Notes: generated by a model from the sequence alone, not told the origin. Positions 9,997-21,331 are shown, counted from the stretch's first letter. The stretch: 64,000 bases of DNA from Calditrichia bacterium (GCA_963796965.1 CAWCNS010000009.1:352001-416000); one strand, 5' to 3'. Translations and numbers: made by a program.

Positions 9997-12519
9997 TTAT
10001 TTCAAGAGTTTTTCTTTAATTTCCTCAAAATTAGCTTCCCACATGGTACTTTCAGGACGTATTTTTTCCAGTTTATAAGAAAGATAACAGATCCATTTCC
10101 CATCAGGCGACCATGAAATATCATATTTAACACTTAAATCACCGGTGGCAAGTTCGGTTAGTTTACCACCCTTTGCAGGGATCCTATATAAATGATTTTT
10201 ATTTATAGGTTCTGCGTTTTCTATTCCAACAAAAACCAGGTTTTCGCCATCCGGTGACCAGCAGAAGTTAGAAGCATCATCCAGCCCCTGAGTTTTTACA
10301 TCCAGAATTATCCGGGTTTCATTCGTTTTGATGTTGCGAATCGATATTTTTCCATTTGATAATGCAGCCACAGATTTGCTGTCGGGAGACCAGGACGAGG
10401 CCAAAAGCCCATAATCAAGATCCCTGAATATTTTTATTGGATCTCCCCCTTCTGAAGGGATTATCCGGGTTTCAACTTTCCAATCAGGTTTATCAACGAA
10501 AATCCAATAACTTAGCATCCGGCTGTTAGGAGACCAAGCAATCCATTTTTTCTTTTCAGGTGTTTTTGTTATTTGTTTAAGGTTCATTTTGTCAATGTCA
10601 TAAACCCAGATGTTTTCCTTATAGTTTAGTGCCAATTTTGTTCCATCAGGTGACCATGATAATTGGGTATTTCCATAGCCACCTGAATACGACCAATTTT
10701 CAATGATTCTGATCGCAGGTCCATTAACCCTGGCTTCTTCGATTGAAATCGGAGCTATATAGAAATCCTCCTTATCATTTTCCTTGACTACCTCAAAAAG
10801 AAGGTACTTTTGATCTGGTGAAACACGGAAATGACGTGGTTTTCCATCCACATCGTTATCCAGGTCCAGCAGGAAGGATTCCCCGCCTGCAATTGGCACG
10901 ATCCTTATGGCAACATCGCCTTCTTCCATTTGGTTTTCTTCCTCTCCATCTACGATGATCATCTTGCTGTTTTTTGACCACTGGGCTCCATACACAGGAA
11001 GATGGGGTACAGGTTCACAGGATGGGCCACCTGAACCAGATGCCACTTTCATTCCCCACATGATTTTATAGGATGATCGGAAGAACAATACCTTTTTGCC
11101 TTCCGGTGGCCAGGACAAATAACTTCCTACTTTCTCCGGCGGATTAACTTTGAATTCCAGTTTATCTGATAACCGTATGAAATTTAAGGACCTTCCCCAA
11201 TTGTATATGGCTTCATCGCTGAACAGCCACTTTCCGTCCGGCGACCAGGAAGGAAAGGTATGCCTGCGATCAATAAATTTCCAGGGTGTTCCACCCTCTG
11301 AGGGGCACAACCACATATCTGCATTCGGGCCTTGAAATGCAATGGTAGTACCATCCGGGGAACAGGCCGGAGCAATCTGAGGGATGGTGGCATTGGCAAG
11401 GGGCCTGGTCATGCCATCTGAAATAGACAAGGACCAGATTTCATGATAATCTTTTTTGTCTATAAAACTAAAAAAGATCTTTTTACTGTCAGGCGACCAG
11501 TTGAGATTACCTATCAGATTGTAGATTCCACTCAACAGGTTTTTTGCAGGCCCTTCAGTATGACCTGTTTCCGGAGATACAGGCACTATGTAAATAGAAG
11601 AATCTTCTCTACTCCTAAAAGCAACTTTATTTCCCTCCGGAGACCATGAGCTTTGACCTACCTGCATGTCAATGAACTCAAACGGGTCACTGCCATCCAT
11701 CGGGACAATGGTATTACTTATTATGAGAAACTTTCCGTTTGGCGAAAGGTGAGTGGCTGGTGTCCATCTAATTAAATCATTTTTCCCTGTAAATGTTTTG
11801 ATTTTGGTGTAGGAAATCCCCGTTTCCGGGTCAATAATTATATTTTCGTCTGAATAATCATTGACCATCTCCGGATTTTTGTTATTATCCATGGCATACT
11901 CAACCTGTGCTACCATTAATTCGGTAACCGGGGTGATATTGCTTTCAGGAAATTCCTCGATTAACTTTTTAAAGGTAGCTAATGCCGTATCGTACCGCCC
12001 TGCCCTGAACCAGGATTGCCCGATGCAATAACGGGCATTCTGTGCCAAGAGGGTGTTTGGATCGAATTTGATCGCATTTTTATATTCTTCAATGGCCGAT
12101 TCATATTCCCACTGACTAAATAATTCATTCCCTTTTTTTAGATGCTGTTCAGCCTTTTTACTGATGTCAGCAACATAGGCTTTAAGATACCTCACTCTCT
12201 CTTTTGCCAAAGCCACTTCATTCTTTTGTTCCGGGTACTTATTAATAACATCCTGAAAGGCTTTTTTGGCTTGTTTCAACCCTAGTTTTTCGTAGCACAA
12301 TCCAATATGGAGCAGTGCCTTGGCCGCAATTGGCCTATTATCCGAAAACTTGTCGACGATTGTTTGATACACCTCAATCGCTTTTTCCAGTTCGCCCTTA
12401 ACCTCTTCGAGTTGAATACCTTTAGAAAGGAGTTCCTCAGCGGTTTGGGCGAAGGCCTGGTAGTTTCCCAATATCAGGCCAAGGGCCATGCATAGTGCAA
12501 GTGTCTTTTTGTGGTTCAT
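9997..12519 (-). CDS. Secreted double-TPR + TolB-like (PD40) beta-propeller protein (paralog A)
   Basis: GGAGG RBS before ATG 12519 (MNHKK), signal peptide ending AFA-Q, two TPR blocks, many WSPDG repeats. Confidence 0.85.
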   Translation of the reverse strand: MNHKKTLALCMALGLILGNYQAFAQTAEELLSKGIQLEEVKGELEKAIEVYQTIVDKFSDNRPIAAKALLHIGLCYEKLGLKQAKKAFQDVINKYPEQKNEVALAKERVRYLKAYVADISKKAEQHLKKGNELFSQWEYESAIEEYKNAIKFDPNTLLAQNARYCIGQSWFRAGRYDTALATFKKLIEEFPESNITPVTELMVAQVEYAMDNNKNPEMVNDYSDENIIIDPETGISYTKIKTFTGKNDLIRWTPATHLSPNGKFLIISNTIVPMDGSDPFEFIDMQVGQSSWSPEGNKVAFRSREDSSIYIVPVSPETGHTEGPAKNLLSGIYNLIGNLNWSPDSKKIFFSFIDKKDYHEIWSLSISDGMTRPLANATIPQIAPACSPDGTTIAFQGPNADMWLCPSEGGTPWKFIDRRHTFPSWSPDGKWLFSDEAIYNWGRSLNFIRLSDKLEFKVNPPEKVGSYLSWPPEGKKVLFFRSSYKIMWGMKVASGSGGPSCEPVPHLPVYGAQWSKNSKMIIVDGEEENQMEEGDVAIRIVPIAGGESFLLDLDNDVDGKPRHFRVSPDQKYLLFEVVKENDKEDFYIAPISIEEARVNGPAIRIIENWSYSGGYGNTQLSWSPDGTKLALNYKENIWVYDIDKMNLKQITKTPEKKKWIAWSPNSRMLSYWIFVDKPDWKVETRIIPSEGGDPIKIFRDLDYGLLASSWSPDSKSVAALSNGKISIRNIKTNETRIILDVKTQGLDDASNFCWSPDGENLVFVGIENAEPINKNHLYRIPAKGGKLTELATGDLSVKYDISWSPDGKWICYLSYKLEKIRPESTMWEANFEEIKEKLLK

Positions 12520-12577
12520 TTTAACCTCCAATTTTTTGGTGAATAAATATTTTTCACCTCCAATATGCACTAGGCCA

Positions 12578-12625
12578 TGTTAAAAGTCGCAAAGAAAGTA
12601 TGAAAAGTTGTAAACGTTATGTAAA
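12578..12625 (-). promoter_or_regulatory. Phased direct-repeat box (TGTAAA type), putative OmpR-family binding sites upstream of gene A
   Basis: + strand hexamers tgttaa 12578, cgcaaa 12588, tatgaa 12599, tgtaaa 12609, tgtaaa 12620, at 10-11 bp periodicity. Confidence 0.55.
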
Positions 12626-12640
12626 AACTTACAGCCGTGT

Positions 12641-13321
12641 TCATTCCAGAAATTTGTAACCTGTACCATGAATCGTGATTATATGCTCTGGTTCTCCGGC
12701 TTGTCCTCTATTTTCTGACGTAGCTTAGCAATGTGGGCATCAACCGTGCGTGTATTCGGGTAAGAATCGTAACCCCAGACCTGGTTGAGAAGATCCTCCC
12801 GTGAAACGATTTCTCCACGCCTTTCAATGAAGTATTTGAGTATCTCATATTCCCGCGGTGAAAGTGTGAGAGACTGGCCTTTTTTCCTGGCGGAATACTT
12901 TCTAAAGTCGATTTCGAGATCTCCGGATCGGTACACTTCCGGGACCCGTGTGCCGGATTGCCCACGCCTTAGAACAGCCTTGATACGGGCGAGAAGTTCA
13001 AGGACACTGAAAGGCTTTGTGATGTAATCATCCGCTCCCAAGCTCCAGTCCGGTGACAATCTCCGCTTCCTGGCTTTTTGCCGTTAAGATAATGATAGGA
13101 AGTTCAGGGATTTCTTGTTTCAGGCTCTTGCACACTTCGTAACCATTGCGCTTTGGCAGCATCAGGTCCAGAATCACAAGATCAGGATGTTCCTTGAGTG
13201 CTTTCTGATAACCTTCCTCCCCATCATAGGCAGCGATGACAGTATAGTCACGTGCCTCGAGGTTGAATTTCAAACCAGTAACCATGTCTTTTTCATCTTC
13301 AACAATGAGGATTTTTTTCAT
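12641..13321 (-). CDS. OmpR/PhoB-family response regulator (module 1); two frameshifts near 13040 and 12690
   Basis: Receiver KILIVEDE...DLVILDLMLP...LTAK...GADDYITKPF, then wHTH RTVDAHIAKLRQKIE. The true end EHIITIHGTGYKFLE* is in another frame, stop at 12641-12643. Confidence 0.88.
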
Positions 13322-13387
13322 TCTTGCTCACTCCAATTAATTCATAACGCAGCATCCCGATTCATCGGGATAAACAAAAAAAAGAAA

Positions 13388-13490
13388 TCCACGAATTACA
13401 CGAATTGACACGAATTAGAACACGGATTTCATATTATAAAATTATTATTTTAGTTTTAATCCATGTAAATCTGTGTAATCCGTGGATAAA
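13388..13490. repeat. Inverted pair of short tandem repeats (CACGAATT-n / ATCCGTG-n); similar arms at 18147-18185, 19006-19057 and 22746-22845
   Basis: ccacgaattacacgaattgacacgaatt ... atccatgtaaatctgtgtaatccgtgga. 13434-13486 is closely similar to 19006-19057. Confidence 0.65.
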
Positions 13491-13518
13491 AGTTTTTGGC
13501 CACAATAGCATAAATCCC

Positions 13519-13548
13519 TGTAGAAGCGATTCGCGAACCGCCCCTACA
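13519..13548. repeat. GTAG-type REP palindrome overlapping the kinase stop codon
   Basis: tGTAGaagcgattcgcgaaccgcccCTACa; its CTA (13544-13546) is the TAG stop of the kinase on the minus strand. Confidence 0.6.
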
Positions 13549-15651
13549 ATGGAATTCTGATCGTAAATGTGCTGCCTTCACCGACCTCACTTTTGACATC
13601 TATCGTCCCACCATGTGCCTCAATAATATGCTTTGCTAACGTTAAGCCTAATCCACTACCTCTTGTCTCTTTTGTCTTAATCGTATGCACGCGATAAAAT
13701 TTGTCAAAGATTTTCTTTAACTGTTCTTTTGGTATTCCCACACCGTGATCTGTAACCGAAATCAGAGCTGCAGTTGAATTCTTGCCAACCTCGACACCAA
13801 TATATTGCCTGTCTTCTGAATACTTCACAGCATTGCTGAGCAGGTTTAGTAGCACCTGCGAGATTGCATCCTTATCAATCTTAGGCATCACTAATTTACC
13901 TGGCAGTTTACTTTCAATTTCAAATCCGAGGTCGCGAACATGAAATTTATAGGCCTCCAATGAGTTACGCACAACCTCAACAAGATCGGCTTCTTCGAAG
14001 ATGTATTCCTTGTTTCCAGAATCTATCCTGGAAAAATCAAGCACATTGTTGATCAGGTGTGTGAGACGTTCACTTTCTTTCCTGATAATGCTATAAAATT
14101 CCCGCCGCTTACTCTCATCGGTAACGATGCCCGTATCAAGGGTTTCACCAAACATACGGATAAGCGCCAGTGGTGTTTTGAGCTCATGAGAAACATTCGA
14201 GACAAACTCTGACCGGATCCGTGAGACCTCCGACTCATGAATGACTGCCCGGACAGTAAAAACAATTCCAATCAGCATCACAACAATGATTCCGATGAAA
14301 AGGGCCAGATAGAGTTGCCTTTCTCTTCCCACAAGTTCTTCGATCGATTTTCCATCTTGGTCGAACAGGGCCACCTTCCAGGTAACAAAGAGTTCAGAGA
14401 AATTTTCAGCTACCAGGTAGTTTTTTACAGGTCGATCCTGCAGGGGATAAAGCAAGCTATCTTTTTCGTCGAGAACTCCTGTGAACACATCTCTTCCGAG
14501 GTCGATACTCGTCAATATTTCCGGAAGGACGTTTGAAAGGATATATTCATTTTCGATCTGATAACCCAATGCCAACAATTGAGATTGTTGAGATGTTAGG
14601 TGGGAGTGTAAAGTACCCGAGTTGAACTATCGAATTATTTTCTTGCCAGGAAATGTGTTGTGGATGTAACTCAGCAACTGTTCCAGGTTTGAGATTAGAC
14701 TCTATCTCATGGACAATATTTTTATAAATGTACTTAATAAACCGAATCTGCTCGAGCAGCTTGCCTTCCCGGTTCATCAATTCCCTAATATTTTTTTCGC
14801 TAGGATTGATGTTGGAACTCGGTGGATCAAAACTTTGAATTTTCGTACTTGCAGATTTTAGATAGTAGAGGTAATCCCCTCCGCTGAGATCCCACGGATG
14901 GTCAAGCAATCGTTGGTAGAGTTCCAACATGACCTTATATTGTTCTTTAGAATCATTCATCGCCCCGTAACCATCGGCAATTTGAGACAGAGCAACTATC
15001 GATGCAGGAACTTTCCCTATGGTTACTTCCTCGTTCCCCAACCTTAGTATCTTTTTGTACTCATTGATTCCCTCTTTAATTTTCCCCATCTTGAAATAGC
15101 AACGTCCAATCCGCGACAAAAGCAGAGGACGTTCCTGAGAAGATGTCGTATAGACCAGCGCTTTCCTGTAAAGCACTATTGCATCACCAAAGTCATTCTT
15201 GATAAATTCGGCCTTTTCCGCCAAATTAAAATTGGCTGCCGTTTGCGGATTTCTAAAAGTCTGGGATTTTTTCGATTTCTCCCATCCAAATGAAAAGGAG
15301 GTGGAGATCAAACCTCCATCAGCATTGACAAGGAATGGATGTTTAGAGTGCAGGATTGTCTGATTCTGCATTTCGGAGCAACACTTTCAGGTCATCATTT
15401 TTAGTTAGGGTAGGGAATAATTCAATCAAACTGTTGCGGAGATTCTCTTCCAGTTGGATAACTTCGCGCTCCAGCTTATCACGCACCAACCTAATCGTAC
15501 CAAGGTACTTTGTCCTCAGGTTTTCTGCGCTTTGATCAATTGACCGGAGACCAAGATAGCTGAGGATGACACTTGGAAGCAGAATTAAGATAAAAACAAC
15601 AAATAGAATTTTGGTCTTAGGGCTGATATGCTTAAGAGATTTTAGCATCAT
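13544..15651 (-). CDS. Membrane sensor histidine kinase with TPR-like extracytoplasmic domain (module 1); two frameshifts near 15355 and 14560
   Basis: Three ORF pieces give TM1 (ILFVVFILILLPSVILSYLG), a TPR-like sensor, TM2, HisKA (FVSNVSHELKTPL) and HATPase (NLLSNAVKYS, DHGVGI, GSGLGL). Confidence 0.88.
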
Positions 15652-15670
15652 ATAAATATATATACTCTGA

Positions 15671-15707
15671 GGTAAAAAGACTACAAAGAATTGTAAAAAG
15701 ATGTAAA
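15671..15707 (-). promoter_or_regulatory. TGTAAA direct repeats upstream of module-1 kinase
   Basis: ggtaaa 15671, tgtaaa 15692, tgtaaa 15702; TATATT-like -10 on the minus strand near 15655-15660. Confidence 0.5.
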
Positions 15708-15817
15708 ATTTGTGTGAGATGTTGCCTTCTGCAATTGCTGAGTAGATGTGTTAGAAGTAAGGGGGCACAATGTCTCAAATACTGTGCCCCCCTGATAATT
15801 CTCTTGATTTATAAAGA

Positions 15818-17931
15818 TTATTTTTCAGGTAAGAAGTTTTCCATTACCCAGATTTCAGTAGCTGATGATTTGCCTATAGCACTATACGCAATCCGTTTTC
15901 CGTCGGGGTGTATACCCGGAGATGCTAGATGATTTTCAGTCAGTTCTAACTCTTTTGATTCCCCATCTTCCACAGGAATGAGTAACAGCTCCCCTGTATC
16001 GGATGAAATTGGTGCGGCTTTCACTACAAGCACATTGTTTCCGTCCGCAGTCCATGCCAATGAGCGATTTCCAGGTAAGAATCCTGGCCATGGAATTTTG
16101 AATAGATCCCGGGCTTGGCCACCTTTAGCCGGAATGACTTTAACCACAGAAGAAATCGGCCAGGGTCCCTCATGACCTACAAAGGCCAGCTGCCGGCCAT
16201 CAGGAGAAACGACAATGCTCTGCCGTTCACGTTGATCAGGACCAATTCGATAGAGTTTTTTCTCCTCCAGTGTCTCTATCTGATAAGAGATAAGGTAGGC
16301 ATTGCTTTGCTCATTAAGATCAAAATAGGTAAAATAAATCGTCTTACCGTCAGGAGATAAACCTGGCCAGGGAGTTCCGGCACCATTTTTGCGCTGCAGA
16401 ATTAGGCTTGCTTCACCGGTTTCAACATCAACCCGATAGTAATCGAAACGGAAATCATTAGGTCCTCTTAAGGCCGATACAAGGAGGGAGCGACCGTCCG
16501 GGAACCATTGAAGACCGCCATATTTTATCAGGTTATTGGACAGTTCCCGTTCTTTGCCACTTTGAACGGAATGAATCACTATACTTGACTCAAGGTAATA
16601 GGCAAGGTATTGCCCGTCCGGTGACCAGGCGGGTTCCTCATTGGAGCCCTGAGTTAGTCCGGTCAGCATTTTGGGATTTTCTTTGACTTTATATGTTTCC
16701 GCATCAATCTCAGCGACATATATATCCTGCATTTTACGACCGAGTTTATAGTAGTACGCACCCTGATTCGTGAATCCGATCCCCCCTTCGAATTGACCGA
16801 TTCCTGATTTTATCAGGATAGGAGATCCTTTAGCTTCTCCATTTACAACATTAATTATCCAGAATCCGGGCGTACCGCTTCGCTCACTCACAAACAGGAT
16901 CCTCTTGCCGTCCGGAGTCCAGACAGGAGAATAATCATCAGCCGGATGTTGGATTAAGGGAAATTCTTGTTTTCCATCAGACGATAGTATAAAAAGGTCT
17001 TTTTGCTTAGCGCTATCCCCTGAGATTGTGTGGTAAATAATGTAGCGTCCGTCTGGCGAGATACTCATCTCAGAAATATTTGAAAAAGCAGTCTTGTGAG
17101 TAGGCTTGATGACCTCTAAAGATCCGTCTTTTGCCGAGACAAAAGCAATCTCACCTGTAAGATCCAAAGAGTCCTTCCTGAAAAAGGCTGTAAGAATTCG
17201 CTTACCATCAGGTGACCATCCAATTGGCCAAATGTAATCCCCATTCTCGCGATGTACCCGGACGCGATGCTCGGAGCCATCGAATCCAATAAGACACAGA
17301 TCCCAGGTTTGATCCTCGTTATGCCGGTCGTAAGCGATTTGCCTGCCATCCGGTGAGAAGATCCCATGTTCTGCGAATTCCCTGGTTTCAAGGGAGCCAT
17401 TGATTGTCAGATTCCGATTTTTTCCTGTTTCAAGATCCTGCACCATAAGGTTAAAATTATCTACAAATGTAATATAGCGTCCGTCCGGCGAGATTGTACA
17501 CCAACGATCCGTGGGGTCGTTCATACCAGGATCACTAAAATTTTTCTAACTGTTAAAACTTCAGTAGACTTCTTAATAACAGCTTCGACTTTTTGTAGTA
17601 CGAATAATTTTTCTTTTGCTATTTTAACCACTTCATTCTGGGCGGGATAATTATCAATCACTTTTTTGTACGCTTTTTTTGCTTCTTTCAGACCTAATTT
17701 TTCATAACACTGTCCTATGTGCAATTGTGCTTTAGCGCGGAGTGAACGGTCGGCATTTTCATCGCCAACAATTTTTTCATAAATCGCCACTGCTGCATTC
17801 AAGTCCCCCTCACCGTTTTCTTTGAGCAGACCTTGTTGGTAAAGTTGAGATGGCGATTGTGAAAACAAGGGTGCAATAAATACTGCAACTATTAATACTA
17901 TACTTAAGAAATGATATTTAGATGAAGCCAT
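15818..17931 (-). CDS. Secreted TPR + TolB-like (PD40) beta-propeller protein (paralog B); frameshift near 17525
   Basis: ORF 17521-17931 gives the signal peptide and TPR (AKAQLHIGQCYEKLG); ORF 15818-17524 gives the SPDG repeats ending EIWVMENFLPEK. AGGAGG RBS. Confidence 0.85.
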
Positions 17932-17954
17932 TTTTCTTTCCTCCTAATATAAAG

Positions 17955-18012
17955 GGTAGTGTAAAAAATAATCCCAGAGTTCACAGAGTGATTATCTGTG
18001 GTCTCTATGGTT
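17955..18012. mobile_element. Solo end of the same MITE family, just upstream of the gene B RBS
   Basis: ggtagtgtaaaaaataatcccagagttcacagag matches the reverse complement of the right end at 7585-7617. Confidence 0.55.
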
Positions 18013-18044
18013 AAGGAGAAAATACTAATATCATAGATCCCCAG

Positions 18045-18094
18045 TGTCATGCTTAGGTTTGATTCAGGTAAAAAGTGCGTCATCAAAGTGTCAT
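18045..18094 (-). promoter_or_regulatory. TGTCAT direct-repeat box upstream of gene B
   Basis: tgtcat 18045, cgtcat 18078, tgtcat 18089, all in 11-bp phase. Confidence 0.55.
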
Positions 18095-18249
18095 ATCGGA
18101 CCAGTCTATCAACTGACGTGAATTGGTTATAAAATATTTAATAAATATTCGAGTAAATTCGTGATAATTCGTGTAATCCGTGGACCCATTTTTTTTTGCA
18201 TCTTAGCGACTTTGCGAGAGATATTTATGAATGGAGCAATCAACTAAAA

Positions 18250-18930
18250 TCAGGGGATAAATTTATAACCAACCCCCCTTATACTGATAATGTGTCTTGG
18301 AATTGATGGATTTTCTTCTAATTTCTTACGAAGATCAAGAATATAATTATCAACCGTGCGCGTTGTCGGTTCTGAATCGTACCCCCAAACTTCGTCTAAT
18401 AAGTCATGTCGATGAACGACATCTTCGGCATGTTCCACCAGATATTTTATAATCGCAAATTCCTTACCGCTCAGTTTCACTTCTTTCTTACCAACAAACA
18501 CCTGATATTTCTTGAAATCCAATACAACATTTCCAAACGAATAACTATTCTGATCAGTCTCTTTTTTGTGATAGCGGCGAAATACAGCCCTGATTCTGGC
18601 TAAAAGTTCCGGTAAACTGAACGGTTTTGTCACATAATCGTCAGCGCCTAAATCCAGACCGGCAATTTTATCCACTTCTTTGCCCCGGGCTGTAAGCATA
18701 ATAACAGGTATATCCGGTTTTTTATCTTTTACCTTACGACAAATATCATAGCCATTCAATCCGGGTAACATGATATCCAAAATAAGCATATCCGGCGACT
18801 CTTCTAATGCCAGTTTTAATCCTTCATATCCTTCGCTGGCAGATAAAATTTTATACCCTTCAAATTTTAGGTTATCATGCAATCCGCGTAAAATGCTAAT
18901 ATCATCTTCAACGACTAAAATCGTTTTCAC
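18250..18930 (-). CDS. OmpR/PhoB-family response regulator (module 2)
   Basis: Intact receiver plus wHTH (RTVDNYILDLRKKLE...IRGVGYKF); GTG start. Confidence 0.93.
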   Translation of the reverse strand: MKTILVVEDDISILRGLHDNLKFEGYKILSASEGYEGLKLALEESPDMLILDIMLPGLNGYDICRKVKDKKPDIPVIMLTARGKEVDKIAGLDLGADDYVTKPFSLPELLARIRAVFRRYHKKETDQNSYSFGNVVLDFKKYQVFVGKKEVKLSGKEFAIIKYLVEHAEDVVHRHDLLDEVWGYDSEPTTRTVDNYILDLRKKLEENPSIPRHIISIRGVGYKFIP

Positions 18931-19092
18931 TCTATGAAGATCTCCTACTACATATTAATCAGCATGGATAATTCATTTCTCGCAGCGGCGCAGCGACGCG
19001 ACGATTTATAAATAATTATTTTAGTTTTAATCAGTGCAAATCAGTGTAATCCGTGGACTATTTTTTTCTTTGGTTTGCAGCAATATGCTGCG

Positions 19093-21138
19093 TTATGAAT
19101 TAACCGGGTTAGAATTTACGGGTAAGATAATAGTAAACGTGCTGCCCCGGTTAACTTTGCTTTCCAGTTCAATTTTTCCCTGGTGCGCATAGACGATATG
19201 TTTGAGTACTGTCAATCCCAGACCCGCACCTCCTTTATCCTGCTCATGACCAACATGTGCCCGATAATATTTATCGAAAATACGATTTTGCCTGGAATCA
19301 GGAATACCAATTCCTTTATCCTCAACTTGTATATAAATTGACTGATTTTCTGTCCACAAGCGAAGGTTAATTTCTTTTCGCTCAAAAGAATATTTCATCG
19401 CGTTACTCAAAAGATTTAATACAGCCTGTTCAATTGCATCACCATCCGCTTTTGTTTTAATATTCGCTTCAATTTGTGATTCAATTTTAAATCCTTGTTC
19501 GTTCAGCCAGTATTGCATAGAACATACCGCGGATTGCACAACATTGCTAAGGTCAATGGATTCGAAATGATACTCTTTTTTATTTTTCTCAATTTTCGAA
19601 AAATCCAATACATTATTAATTAACCTTGTTAAACGTTCTGTTTCGTTAACGATAATAGATAAATATTCCTGTCGTTCATTTTTTTTCTTTACTCGACCGA
19701 GATGCATCGTTTCGGCTAACATACGGATAGACGTTAAAGGAGTTTTAAGTTCATGAGTAACATTGGATACAAAATCGGACCCTAACTGGGCTATTTTTCT
19801 TTCCCGGGACATATCCCGCAGAACAAGAATAATACCGAAAAACATTCCGGCAATCAGAAAGGTCAGGGTAATACTATATACCCATCGCCTTGTTGAAATA
19901 TAATTATTTATGATTTCCAGGCTTTTAGGCTTAATAAATATTTTCAAGGAAGGTACCAATGGACTTAATTCTTTGACCAAACTGAATGGCGTAATATCCA
20001 TTTTGGCGATTTGTTGTCTCGAGGTTATATATGCCTCCATTTCAAACTCGCTCTCAGACTGGATCACAGAGGACAATATTCTATTCTTCAGGGTATCCAA
20101 AGTTACTTTAAATCCTACCAGCTGAGAAGAAATTGAAGTTGATTTGGTTATAAGTAATACGGGTTGAGCATCTAAATTCCCGATAATTACTTTAAAATTT
20201 TCAGCAACCAACCAGGTTGTTGGCTTTAAAGTTCCTGAAATATATTGTTTAATTAAGTTTCCCTCCCGGATCGCAAAAGTGAATTTATTTAGAATTGAGT
20301 TAGTGAGGTTGATTATCTCATCTTTTGATTGTTGGTCAAGAAAGTCTTGCCTTGCCGTCCATCTCGACAATTCCTTAATCAATAATTCTACATGCTCGGT
20401 AAGGGGAATTTTTCCCCGATTTAGATATGAAAGAATAAATTCAACATCCTTGTAAATTGCCTTATCCGGGGAAAATATATCTTTGCGAATCAATTGATGC
20501 AGGGAATAATAGGCAAAAGGTATACCTTCATGGTCTATTTCAGTACCATACTGTTCTGCTAAGATCCTGTAATGATTTTGAGCCTGTCTGTTAAGCCCTC
20601 TTTTTATCAATACCCGGGCAAGTCCGTTTATAGCTGCGGCTTGTTCAGCCTGATTTTTAGCTATCTTAAAAGCATTACGGTATGCCTGTGTGGCTCCTAC
20701 TAGATCGGTCTTTGTAAATTCCAGTTTTTCTGCTTTGGTGAATACATTTAAGAACTTCTGAGATTTGGGATGCAATACTTTAATTTGCGACTCATGCAGA
20801 TAATAGGGCCAAATAAATTGGCCTTGATTATCAACAATAAATGCCTGGGCGACAAGATCTAATGAATCCAGAACAGAGATACTCGGAGGAAGTTTTGTAT
20901 GTAGACTATCGGTTATTTTAAAGAAGGTGACCGTATATTCATATAGCCGCTTTTCAAATTGTCGGGCAAGATTTGTGGCCAGTTCGTTTTGTTCTTCTAA
21001 TAATCTTTTTTCGGTAAGTTCCTTCTGGTTGGCAATATTCTGTATGCTTAGGTAACTCAGAATGAGGCCGGGAATGATGAATAGAAATAAAAAAAGAATA
21101 GTTAATTTTGATAGTGGACTGACGGTCAACTTTGCCAC
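19093..21138 (-). CDS. Membrane sensor histidine kinase with TPR-like extracytoplasmic domain (module 2)
   Basis: Two TMs, TPR-like AEKLEFTKTDLVGATQAY...AINGLARVLIK, HisKA FVSNVTHELKTPL, HATPase NLLSNAMKYS/DKGIGI/GAGLGL. Confidence 0.92.
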   Translation of the reverse strand: MAKLTVSPLSKLTILFLFLFIIPGLILSYLSIQNIANQKELTEKRLLEEQNELATNLARQFEKRLYEYTVTFFKITDSLHTKLPPSISVLDSLDLVAQAFIVDNQGQFIWPYYLHESQIKVLHPKSQKFLNVFTKAEKLEFTKTDLVGATQAYRNAFKIAKNQAEQAAAINGLARVLIKRGLNRQAQNHYRILAEQYGTEIDHEGIPFAYYSLHQLIRKDIFSPDKAIYKDVEFILSYLNRGKIPLTEHVELLIKELSRWTARQDFLDQQSKDEIINLTNSILNKFTFAIREGNLIKQYISGTLKPTTWLVAENFKVIIGNLDAQPVLLITKSTSISSQLVGFKVTLDTLKNRILSSVIQSESEFEMEAYITSRQQIAKMDITPFSLVKELSPLVPSLKIFIKPKSLEIINNYISTRRWVYSITLTFLIAGMFFGIILVLRDMSRERKIAQLGSDFVSNVTHELKTPLTSIRMLAETMHLGRVKKKNERQEYLSIIVNETERLTRLINNVLDFSKIEKNKKEYHFESIDLSNVVQSAVCSMQYWLNEQGFKIESQIEANIKTKADGDAIEQAVLNLLSNAMKYSFERKEINLRLWTENQSIYIQVEDKGIGIPDSRQNRIFDKYYRAHVGHEQDKGGAGLGLTVLKHIVYAHQGKIELESKVNRGSTFTIILPVNSNPVNS

Positions 21139-21204
21139 TTTGTACTCGTTATATTTTTATATATTGTGAATTTATTACAAATATATAAAAATACAACCGT
21201 TCAG

Positions 21205-21221
21205 TGTCATAGAAATGTCAT
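21205..21221 (-). promoter_or_regulatory. Perfect TGTCAT-N5-TGTCAT box upstream of module-2 kinase
   Basis: tgtcat agaaa tgtcat; TATATT on the minus strand at 21180-21185, 19 bp downstream. Confidence 0.6.
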
Positions 21222-21331
21222 AATTAACCTGAATAATTCAAAAATATTACTGTTTAGGAGTATAAGTAGTGTCTGTCTATAAAATCGGGAAATAATTAAA
21301 ACAACACTTGGTTTTGTCAGCCGCTTTTAAG

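Noticed and set aside
9935..15851. Duplicated C-terminal segment as a diversity-generating retroelement TR/VR pair
   Set aside because: Only about 30 nt, differences are not adenine-specific, and there is no reverse transcriptase in the window.
12609..21221. Assigning the boxes to WalR (TGTWAH-N5) or PhoB (TGTCAT) regulons
   Set aside because: The resemblance reflects shared OmpR-family geometry; the adjacent cognate regulators are the simpler explanation, and no wal or pst/pho genes are present.
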